A stretch of 62,212 nucleotides of DNA, filler included, from Choristocarpus tenellus KU-1152 (lineage: Eukaryota > Protista > Phaeophyceae): NCBI GenBank assembly GCA_964200185.2. It is 9 parts of 9 records of this genome, joined end to end, with 100 filler letters (N's around TTAATTAATTAA, not from the genome) between each part and the next. Parts side by side here need not be neighbours in the genome. Positions count along the whole stretch, not along the records: positions 52,100 to 54,723 come from CAXNAD020026179.1; positions 54,824 to 57,686 come from CAXNAD020024123.1; positions 57,787 to 62,212 come from CAXNAD020014600.1; 6 more parts are not named here. One strand, written 5' to 3'. Each line of letters opens with the position of its first letter. The first letter of the stretch is position 1. The notes beneath the pieces were generated by a model, which was not told where the DNA came from, ran no database searches, and saw only the letters and a program-made list of their open reading frames with translations. Shown here in pieces: positions 52,100 to 62,212 of this stretch. The position numbers and the translations under genes were made by a program.

Positions 52100-52466
52100 G
52101 TACTCAGGGAACCAAAGTATCTGGGGGGGAGGGGGGGGTCTTACACCAGGGTGTCCATTTGGGCCAAAATCAGGAAAAGTGCATTTACATTATCCATCCA
52201 ATGTATGCAACCAAATCACCCAAATATCAGAGCATGAAAAAATTAACCCCAAAATGGACAGCCGCCACCCCCCACTCCAGATACTTTGACCCAGGTTTTG
52301 ATCGTTTTTCAATTAAAACTAGTTTTTCAATCTTTTACAGTTCACCCATATTTCGATGGATGACTTGCTAAGTTCTTACAAGCACTTGTAGAAAAGACTG
52401 GGCTTTGCATACGCATTTACCATCCTTAAAACGCAACTCTGGGTACCTCCCGCTTACTTTTGACTC
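52100..52466. mobile_element. MITE family C carrying a nested family B MITE (52109-52292)
   Basis: The host matches 13276-13509 once the B copy and the duplicated AGG are removed; it ends CTTACTTTTGACTC. Confidence 0.75.
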
Positions 52467-53153
52467 TTCACCACTGAACCTAGCGCAAGTCAGTAGTGAC
52501 AAGGCAGTGCCGGGTGAGTTTTGGGGGTGAAAGGGAATGTATTCCATTGGCTGATGGTGGGTATGACATCCAGGCTACTCTACTGTTCTAATGCTGCTTT
52601 TGCAATAGGGTATTATGGTAAGAGTGAAGCTTGTGCTGTTCTATTACAAGGTGAATATCAGTGTGATCCAAAAGTGGGGGCAAAATTGAACGGTGGATCT
52701 CCTTTGGATGCTGAACCTGCAATAGAATGGTACTGCACTAAGTGCTAGCAATATGACACTAACAAAAGGTTGTGTGTGTTTGAATCATGGTTTGAAAAAG
52801 AACAGCGCAGATATTGAGATACCACTACATCCCCAAGGCAGTAGTCTCACATATGACTGCTGCCTAAGTGGTGCAGCGATCACTCAACATTTCAGAACGA
52901 TGCTCCTCAGCTCACTACCCAAGACAAGATTGTTCTAAGCGCGATCAAATGTATACCTGACCATGTCGCTGATAGGGTTCTGAGAGTTCTTGGATGTCAT
53001 GTCACTCACGCAACAACTGTGTCTCGAGGTTAGGTTTTCAGATGTGGTCAAGGGGTTTTGAGCACCATACCCATCCTACACAAGGTCCAGAACGCATCCC
53101 CCAGTCCTTGGCAATCAGCCGCTGATTGTGTCCTTCAAGTTGGGGGTACTCAC

Positions 53154-54442
53154 GCTTTCCTTCCGTAGATTGAGGCGTACGAAAACCGGCTCAAAGCGTG
53201 CGGAAAATTCCGGGAGAGAGATTGTGCTGTCACAGTCCTTGTCTAGGCCACGCATCAGCTCGAATATCTGGCCGTTTGTTTTGAAAGGAGTGAATCACTA
53301 GTCATACTTTGTGTCCAAGGAAACCCCCTCCCAAAAAATGGAGGCTGGGAGTAGAGTTGGTTGTTCATGAGGAAATCCTTTTTGGGTGGTTTATTGCTCC
53401 CTGTGATGAGGTCAATGATCAGAGCCTACAGTGTTCCGACAATATACAGATCTGAGAAAAAAGAAAAGTAATCCTCCTTGCCCGTCTCAGGAAGGCCCTT
53501 GGTATAGCTTCAGAAATCCACTTCAAACCAAAAGTGTTATCATCATTTCCTCAAAGGCAATTGTAGGTGCACACTATTTTGCAAGTGAATGTGAGTGTCA
53601 AGGGTACAGTAGACATAAATAAAAAATAATTTATCACTAACGCCTGGCAAATGTTTAGGTCAGAAAAAGTGCCTTACCTGATCATCACTGAGACCGATGT
53701 CAAGTTTCTTCATGGTGTTTACAAATTCCTCGTATTCAATGTTTCCATCCCCATCCGAATCAAAGGCCTTAAAGGCGGTCTCCAGGTTGCCTGCACCCAT
53801 CGCCACGAACAATTTTTCGCAAATCTGATCCACAATCCCATCCTGCCACTGGGTAGCGTTCTGGCCATTCACCTTCAGTTCATTAAGAGAATCGGGTGGA
53901 GTGGATGAGGTATTGTGAAAGGTCATATCGGAGGGGTGACCCATAAGATCCCTCTCCTTACCAAGTGGGTCTGGGATCTCTTGGAGCCGAGTGATGGTCG
54001 GAAAGAATAGCCATGAGTCAGTACCTCAGCGATTGCATCGACTTAGCTTAGGGATAGGATCGTATATACATTCTTATACTCAGGAGTGTATGTGCATTGC
54101 AGACAGCTTGCCCTCAGAGAGGAGGTTGGAGCACGAGCACCCAGGTGCTGTCTTGCCATGAACACACTGGAAACGATTGGGTCAACAACTTGGGGAGTAA
54201 CTGTGCTTCAGGGTTGAAGATAGAGAAGGGCCTCTACAGGAGTGTATGGCCCAAGTACATTCGACTCGTGCTAGTAGAGTTAAACCATCTTGGTGATCCC
54301 TTACTCTAGAATGCTCCACACATACGTTTCACCATGGTCGTGGTGGTCCATGTTGCTTGGCTCCCATTACCTGTACACGATACCTTTCGAGGAATTTTGT
54401 GTAGTTGATGGTTCCGTCATCCTCCAGGTCCACCAAACGGTC
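53154..54442 (-). CDS. Multi-EF-hand protein internal exons, resembling the PPEF/RdgC phosphatase C-terminus
   Basis: Exons 54442-54371, 53872-53678 and 53267-53154: EDDGTINYTKFLERY, FDSDGDGNIEYEEF, LDKDCDSTISLPEF. The catalytic domain is not on this contig. Confidence 0.85.
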
Positions 54443-54562
54443 CTGTGTACGCATTATGGTACACTTGTAAGACAATGCTGGAGCGGAATTAAACAATCCC
54501 TCAGAAACGAGTACCATTTGTGAAATACCAAACTAATGTTTCGCATTTAATGACTACATATA

Positions 54563-54723
54563 GACCCAAAGTATCTGGGGGGGGAGCGGGAGGGGTTCTA
54601 CACCAGGGTGTCCATTTGGGGCAAAATCGGGAAAGTGCATTTACATTATCCATCCGACGTATGCAACCAAATCACCCAAAAATCGCGATAAGAAAAATTG
54701 ACCCAAAATGGACAGCCGCCACC
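54563..54723 (+). mobile_element. MITE family B, truncated at contig end
   Basis: GACCCAAAGTATCTGGGGGG...CCCAAAATGGACAGCCGCC. Confidence 0.85.
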
Positions 54724-55643
54724 NNNNNNNNNNNNNNNNNNNNNNNNNNNNNNNNNNNNNNNNNNNNTTAATTAATTAANNNNNNNNNNNNNNNNNNNNN
54801 NNNNNNNNNNNNNNNNNNNNNNNACAGCTCGTCATTCAGAGTTGTCACACATGGAAGATCCACTTTGTTCTCACGTCTTGACTTGTAGTCATGAAGCCCC
54901 ATCTTTGATGATGCTAATCACTCCTCTATTTCCACTTGTCCAACCTTAACCTCATACCCTCGATTGCGGTTCGTCTTTGTTTGTCTGGTCCGTCTTGCCC
55001 AGTGATTCTATTCGACACCCTTGCCTGAGTGAAACACGCCGCCAGAGAATCACATGATTCACATTGGCGACACCGGTGACCTCAGAAATAGGGTGACGGG
55101 AATTTTTTTTTGTTGACCACGGACGAAAGATGCCGAAATCAAGATCGAGGCGAGAACGTTGTGCACAGGAGCGCCTGACTCCACATCTGGAACCACCCAG
55201 AACGTCAGAAGAGTCCAAGGTCACGAGCCTACAGAAGACATGGAGTCTTCAACCAATATCGACTCTGACTCCTCTAGTGTCAACTCTACTTCATCTAGTA
55301 ACATAACACTTGCCAAACGTAGATGAGGTTCCCCTCCTTCCCCCCCAACAGATCGTCAGGCTCATGCCAGATCCATGCCGTTGACCCTTGAGCATCATGT
55401 TAGCTTGGGCGACCGTGACACTCGTCGGTTCCTTTTTCAGGAAGAACCGGTCCCGCCTCCAAGTTCTACTACTTGTGAGGTGGTCATTTTGCAGGCCAAG
55501 TTCGGTGATGCTGTACCAGCGTTCATCGCGCGCAATGTGAATGAGTGCGCAAGATAAGTACCGTACCTCCTGAATGACTTCAGGACCTAATGAAGCTCCA
55601 AGTTTGGGGAACGGGCATCAATCACATCCCTTGACCAGATACT

Positions 55644-57686
55644 TTGAACCTATGTTGCACAACTGATGCTAGCCCGGCGTTTGATACTGTCGTTGTAGTC
55701 GAGCTAGCCATACACTCTATGCCTGCTGTAGATCAAACGACTGAACCTACTCACCCATGGAATCGTATCGTAGCTGTTCGCACTCTCAGTAATTGGTCAG
55801 CAAGAAATAGATCAGTATTGGTTCAAATAGCAAATCCAACAACACAAAAAGTCCGTATCAAGAAGCATCTTGATATAGGTCACTTAACCCCAATTTCTGA
55901 TAAGATACCAATCACTGTTAGTGCTCTAAATACTGATTCTGCTCCATCCAGGAAAGCTAGAGAGGAGTTACATAAAGCTTTCAATAAAACAAATGCATTC
56001 AAAGAGACCACGTTCAATCAGTCACAAGTGTCTCAACTTTTAGACCTCTGTGCTCGTTATAGATCGGTATTTTCGTTGAATACAGCAGAACTAGGCAGAT
56101 GCACTCTAGCTGAAGCAGAAATTCCTATAGAGTCTGGTACTAAACCTGTTGACAGGAACTCTTACAGAGCAAACCCTCGTACTCAACAAGTGATTGTCTC
56201 GTGCGTTAATACTATAGAAGAGCAAGACATCATTGAAAAAATTGCCAGCCCTTGGGGTATTCCTGTTACTATTATGGTCAAATCTGATTGCTCCCCACGA
56301 TTCTGCGTAGACTATAGGTCAACTGTTAACAAACACCTTGTCCGACAGACTTGGCCTATGCCTGTTATGCAGTCTCATATTGGTATTGTTGGGGGTGCAA
56401 AATTTATCACCGGTTGTGATATTCAGAGTGCATATTGGCAAATTCCTATGGCTAAAGAGGGCATTGATAAAACTGCTTTTGTCACGTCCAGAGGCAAATA
56501 TGTTTTTAAGAGGCCCTTCGGGATATCAAATGCTCCCTGGCAATTTCAATGAATCATGTCCTTAGCCTTTGCAAAATTTGATCCACTGAGTGGGTTGCTA
56601 GTTTACATGGATGATCTGATTGTTTGTTCTTCCACATGGGAAGGAGATCTACGCTTACCAGAACAGCAATTCAAAGCTTTACAAGCAGCAGGTTTAACCT
56701 TGAAACCGTCAAAGATCCAATTTGGACCTCAAGAAGTACGCTCTCTGGGTCACATTTTATCGTCTGAACGGATTCATATCAGGGAAGATCGGGTTCGTGC
56801 AATCACTAAGTTACCTAGACCCACCACCATTAAAAAAAACTTCGATCTGTCCTAGGTATGGTTAATTTTGTACGTAAATTCATACCCAAGTTAGCCACAG
56901 CAATCGAACCGTTAGTTCATCTCACTAAAAAAGGTGCCAGTAAGAGAGTGGATGAAGAATGGGGATTGGACCAGGACGTGGCATTTTTTAAAGTTAAACA
57001 TTTACTCACTGCAGCTCTGGTTCTCGTATATTTCCTAACCTTACCAAAGAATTCATCGTCTATGTTGATGCCAGTGAAAGTGGTGCTGGAGGTCTTTTAG
57101 CACAACCTCGATCCGATAATCCTGCAGACCTAGGCATCATTGCATACTTAGCAAGAAATTTAATGAAGCTCAACGCCATTATTCAGCTACATTAAGAGAT
57201 TGTTATGCAGTTGTTACAGCTATTACTCTTTGGCGACCGTATCTTTGGGGTAGACACTTTAAGTGCAAAGTTGCACGAAACCCCGTTTTTCCTTCTGTTT
57301 GAAAGACAATCTCGTTTACCTGTTGACATTATCCTTGGTTGGTCTAATGCTGATTCAGATATCACTACTGAAGAGTTTACTCAGCAAACCAAAGATATTT
57401 TACAGCTTGCATTTGAGTTGGCACGCCGTAATCTCCATGAACACGTTAAAAATCAGGAGCGTGTCAACCAACGTCTCGTTTTCCCCGTTTTCGTACCTGG
57501 TGATCAAGTTCTAGTCCATAGGCCACATGAGAGTGCTGATGGTCCGAATCAGAAGTTACTTCACCCTTGGAGGGGTCTGTATGAAGTACATTCTAAAGTA
57601 TCACCCATCGTATACAGGGTAGTACTACCTGGAAACCCACGTCCATTTTCCGTTTATCTTGGTAGGATGAAACGTTACTACCCTCA
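55644..57686 (+). mobile_element. Ty3/Gypsy pol pseudogene (RT, RNase H, integrase C-terminus)
   Basis: SPWGIPV, RFCVDYR, DIQSAYWQI, PFGISNAP..FQ, YMDDL, VDAS...G, TPFFLLF and GDQVLV...KL..PWRG.Y (GPY/F-like). Contains stops and frameshifts. Confidence 0.95.
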
Positions 57687-58549
57687 NNNNNNNNNNNNNN
57701 NNNNNNNNNNNNNNNNNNNNNNNNNNNNNNTTAATTAATTAANNNNNNNNNNNNNNNNNNNNNNNNNNNNNNNNNNNNNNNNNNNNACCTCTCGCTTCTC
57801 TGACAACTTCGCCTCCTCATCGGAATCAGTTGGTTTGCCTTATTTGGGTAAAACAAAGCTGCAGACTGAACTATAGAAATGATTCTTTTGAGTACAGTCA
57901 TGCTCGAGATGTCACATCGCTACAAATTTATAATGCAAAATTTATTATGCCCACAGAGACTTTGGGGGTTCACCTACATTCTAATATAATATAATTGTCA
58001 AGAAACTCTCCCAAACCCCGCCATTCCAAATAATGACGTGAATACTCTTGTATCCTATCTGGTATATAATTGTTGGGAGTATGTTTACTCAGAACTCCTA
58101 CCGCGAGCGAAGGACGCCATGTTGTCTAACGTTTAGAGCGAAGAATCATTCCCTACTTACCATGCTCTCTGGAAACCCCTCCCTGCATTCAATGTACATG
58201 GGTGTCCTAAATTCAACCTCTCAACGAAGAAGGTGCGACAAGATGACATCAACAGAGAAGAGTTACAGTGGAGACAGTACAATGTGTGTGTGTATGGATG
58301 TTTCGAGTTCGAGAAAGAGTGGCCTCTGCGCTATTTCATATACCCGGGACACTTGCACGCGACAATCCATAGCCTTGAAATTTGTTGTTTGTGATTTGAC
58401 AACTTTTTAGAACTTGATTTCCACTCAGAACTCCCCCGACACTTTTCGGGGTGTCACCCCCTTGTGGGACCTCGATCTTACTCTGACCTATGTGTACCTT
58501 AGTGTACAGCTGGACGATATGTGTTTAGAGTTAATACGCTCACAACCTT

Positions 58550-59110
58550 CATCACAAGGTGACAAAGCCTCTACTCAAAGGTGTCACCTGAATTATCGCA
58601 TCGGCACTGATTAGTTCTTTATTCTAACCACAAAAGAAAAATCACGTAACACATCCATTGGGTTATCACCATTGGAACCAATCAGTTCTTCAGTGCAGTG
58701 GGTCAACCCTTTGCCATTTCACAAAACATATGTTCCTACCACTACAGGTTTATCAGCCTCGACCACGAGAACCGATTCGTTGAATTAAAGAAATTAAACA
58801 AAAATCGCCTGTTGATCAGTAAAACCACCTCCCATTGAGTTCTCCATGTACAACCCACATATCATCTGAAGACATGAACTGGAAGTATGCTGTCTCCTCT
58901 TCCCAATACCTATGCGACTGCAGCTGTGAAAATAGTTGTCTACATCACGTCTTGTGGATCAACGCTCCTCCTGCACTCTCAACCCTGGAGGCACTTGCTC
59001 TTCAAGGACTCCAAGCTCCACCATGATCATCATAAATTCTGATGTCCTAGGCATGGTAGTGTACTTATACTCCGAGGCCAAGCTCCAACAGGAAAGAGCC
59101 CCACCACGTA
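58550..59110 (+). mobile_element. Possible Copia integrase relic
   Basis: Weak motifs RIGTD, NWKYAVSSSQY and DVLGMVVYLYSEAKLQQERA. Confidence 0.3.
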
Positions 59111-59777
59111 CACAAACTCCCCAACACGTCAAGCTTATAGTCTTATCTCGATCACACATAATGACGACTAGGAGGACAAATTTCTGAAAACTCAATAGCA
59201 TGCACATCTTTGCCGCCACTCTCTCACCCGCAACGTGCGATTCAATTTGTTCATTGCACCAAGTCTTCCGAGGCATGGGTGATTCTGACCTCCGAATTCG
59301 TCCTCATATGACGGGTCCGGGACTGTTGGATGTATCTTTGCCAAGGAACTCCTCTTGTGAGTGTCCTTGTCCAAACAGAAAACAATGTTCAAAAGTATTG
59401 GTGCATTGTTACTCAAAAGAAATATGTAACATACTTGGAGCACATATACTCAACGAAATATGTATGTTCGTTTTCCCCACTGCAATTTGAAGATCTTCAA
59501 TATATTCTATGTACGTAAGGGAAGGATAGGACATACTTGATCCTGCCTACTGCATTGAGTATTGACAGGGTAGCCTAACTACCTTAACACAACAATGTAA
59601 GATCCCATCATACCCTTGAACTTCTTATCCTTCTAGCCGCTGCAGATCAGGATTAGGCTAGCATTTGTGACAATTAAGGAGAAGGCCATGGGGGAGGACA
59701 TTCCATGCATTGTGTCAGATTGCTTGTCGATAGCGTAAATTGAAGAGGTGACTTAGTGTTAGCTCCCTGAAACCAAA

Positions 59778-60006
59778 GAGTGAGAGTATCTTAGAGGGTA
59801 GGAGTTTTTCCCTGTTTGTCCATTTGGGACTTGGCTTCCCTCGGGTTTTCTTATGACATTTTCCTACTCCAAAATATCTCGGAGCAGGTAAAATGTGTAC
59901 GTTATGAAAAGATGTGTCCGCAACAAGGATACTGACACTTCCTAACAANNNNNNNNNNTTTGGCCCCCAAATGGACGCGGCTCTACCCTCTAAGATACTT
60001 TGACTC
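59778..60006 (-). mobile_element. MITE family A (contains a 10-N gap)
   Basis: TIRs at both ends; AAA on both flanks. Confidence 0.9.
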
Positions 60007-60129
60007 AAACTTCAAGGTGATTTGTCAGGCAGAGCGAAAATACCTGCAATTCGAAAGGTGAGAACATGACAGTAGTAGTAGCAGTAGTAGTACCTCAATT
60101 CTGAACATTTGCTCATGCTCAAATTCAGC

Positions 60130-60484
60130 CATGTTTCGGTGTAATATCATCACCTGTAACACAGAGCCAAAGTAACCGATAGGTGCCCATGTTTTATCCG
60201 TCCTGCATTTTAACCCTTATTTTTCATCTGTTGCTATTCACCCTTCTTTCCATGGGTAAGGGGCTAAGATTGATTTGGGAACATTGATTTATGTATTGGT
60301 TGAAAATTTCAAGGAATTCAGAAAAGTCCCTCAACGCGTTTGTATAAAGTCTAACAATGTTGCACAAATTGTCAGGATCCCTGAGTACCTCTCGTTTACC
60401 TTGCCTCACGGCACAGTATGTATGGATGTCTCCCTGGAATATTATATACTCTGGAGGAGTGAGCAGTGCAGTTTTCATATCCAA
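60130..60484 (-). mobile_element. Penelope-like RT relic
   Basis: NIVRLYTNAL, then QDG*NMGT and in-frame LLWLCVTGDDI, matching the PLE order SLYTN - Q..G..MG(S/T) - W.RY.DDI. Confidence 0.45.
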
Positions 60485-61705
60485 TCGGGGTTAATCAAGT
60501 TTTACAAGCGCTAGGTAATACTCGAAAACAATAATCTCAAAAACAAAACTTGCAAGGGAATGGATGCGAATGTGAAGGCTGTTACTCACAATGAACACTG
60601 TATATAAACAGTACACACAAGTGACGACACCATATTTGAGCCAAACCAATTCAGGGGTAGGCAGGTTTGGACCCTTTTGCATTCGAAGCCATATTTCTTC
60701 CCCTGTGCAACAAATACCCTCTATTTCATTGGTTTATGTCCACAATAGTGTACCCAAAATTGATACCGTTTTCCACACACAAAGTGACACCACAATTCAG
60801 CAGAGGCTCTTCGTGCAATTGTACAGAATGGCGTCCTTTTGCACTTTCTCGGGGTCCTTCAAATGCAACCCTCCCTACCTCTCAGTTGGTTCGACTCAGC
60901 ATATTACAAAGAACGTTAACAGGGCAGAGGGTATTGTAAAGTGTACACAAATATATCCTATAGACTCAATCCCGTGCATATAAGTCCTTCCACTGACTGA
61001 ACCACCTGTTCCCTGTTTGACATCTCCACCCATTTGATCTTCTAACTGAAGGAAAATACTCTACAAAGATAATGGAGCGAATTTCCAACAACCACCACAA
61101 TAGACCATCCCTGTCCAGTCACCGCTGCAGCATCTTGATACCTTGTGTTGGGGTGATCAGACTACCACAGACACTGCAGTGAAAGACCTACAACCAGAGG
61201 AACGAACAAATTAGTGCCCAGCTTAGGTTCTATTATCCAACAAATATGACATTACAACAACAATAACCATTTTGTTGCTGCTACAATCTGCCACCATCTA
61301 GTATCACGCCAGATAGCTTTGGGAGCTCCACGTCAAGTTCCTACTCCAAAGCACATCGCAAGTCTGAAACCCTAGCACGAAAAGTCATTGATACTTCGGA
61401 ATCCATCCCTCAACAATCCCATGAAAAACCTGTTACACGTGTTCTCCTCGAGGTTAGCACCACAAGAGTACACCAACCCACCACACTACTACAACAAAAT
61501 ACCATGACCATGATGACACCCGATTTCCCACTCTTGCATTGTCGAAGACAGTGATCAAACACGACATCCAAGATGGTCCAGAGGCGGCACTCCATGCACA
61601 AGCTAAAAAAACCTCATATTGGTAACACCTGCTACACCATCCCCTCAACCAACTAACCTCGGCACCAAACCTGCTACACCTTTCAACAACAAAAAGTAGG
61701 ATCCC

Positions 61706-62185
61706 TCAACAGGTTCCCCAGGCCCCTGAAATGTTGTTCTCCTTGTAAATACAGGCCTGCACAAACACGCCAGCAATATCTGACATCACTATGCCTATGG
61801 AATCCCCAATGGAAGCAGCCGCAAGGGCCAGCTCCTTCACCTCTTTGGGAGGCCCTGGGTGTGCCTCTGCCACCAGCCGGAACGCATTAACATAGCCAAG
61901 GCCCCCAAGCAGACCCGCTCCAAAGCAGGGGACAAGCAAGCGGTTGTCATACCAGAAACAACTGTGCGAAACGGCCACCTTGCAAAAGAAGATCAGCAGC
62001 AGAACCTGCAATGTGGGTGGTATCCACAGCTGTACTCGGCTCAGGCGGAAGATTAGCCCAGAGGTGCGAGAGATGAAAACGCCTGCCTGATACGACCAAT
62101 TTGCGTACTGATAGAAGGACTGACGAGCATCCTCAGAGGTCACTGGGAAGCCAATTGCACTCCACGCCCCAGTTTGCATCGTATA
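61706..62185 (-). CDS. CLN3: Battenin (CLN3/Btn1 family) terminal exon
   Basis: AG acceptor at 62186-62187; YQAGVFISRTS, GLLGGLGYVNAF and ELALAAASIGDSIGI motifs; TGA at 61706. Confidence 0.92.
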   Translation of the reverse strand, partial: YTMQTGAWSAIGFPVTSEDARQSFYQYANWSYQAGVFISRTSGLIFRLSRVQLWIPPTLQVLLLIFFCKVAVSHSCFWYDNRLLVPCFGAGLLGGLGYVNAFRLVAEAHPGPPKEVKELALAAASIGDSIGIVMSDIAGVFVQACIYKENNISGAWGTC

Positions 62186-62212
62186 CTGTTGTTTACCCAG
62201 GGGGGATGGGGG

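Overview
Eukaryotic, intron-rich, transposon-littered DNA, not a single locus. Eight artificial 100-bp linkers (44N-TTAATTAATTAA-44N) join nine unrelated contigs: 1-19209, 19310-23247, 23348-28490, 28591-33552, 33653-37372, 37473-51999, 52100-54723, 54824-57686 and 57787-62212. Adjacency across linkers has no biological meaning. A bipartite plastid-targeting peptide, TTAGGG repeats and brown-alga-like Gypsy/RTE elements suggest a photosynthetic stramenopile, probably a brown alga or close relative (inference). Host genes assembled by hand from GT-AG exons: a MYND-finger protein, a START lipid-transfer protein, a DnaJ-type Zn-finger plastid protein, a TIM44-like protein, an EF-hand (PPEF-like) protein, a battenin/CLN3 terminal exon and several unknown spliced genes. 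Mobile DNA includes Copia LTR+gag, decayed Gypsy elements (one family ending in a Tudor-like domain), an RTE-like LINE, a Penelope-like RT relic, a Tc1/IS630-like relic and three related MITE families with shared termini. Best leads: a telomere-repeat-abutting, circularly permuted element resembling a Penelope pseudo-LTR; the Tudor-tailed Gypsy with a duplicated PPT; the MITE triad; and a CpG-decay signature. I see no intact novel multi-gene system. All family assignments come from motif recognition by eye, with no database search.
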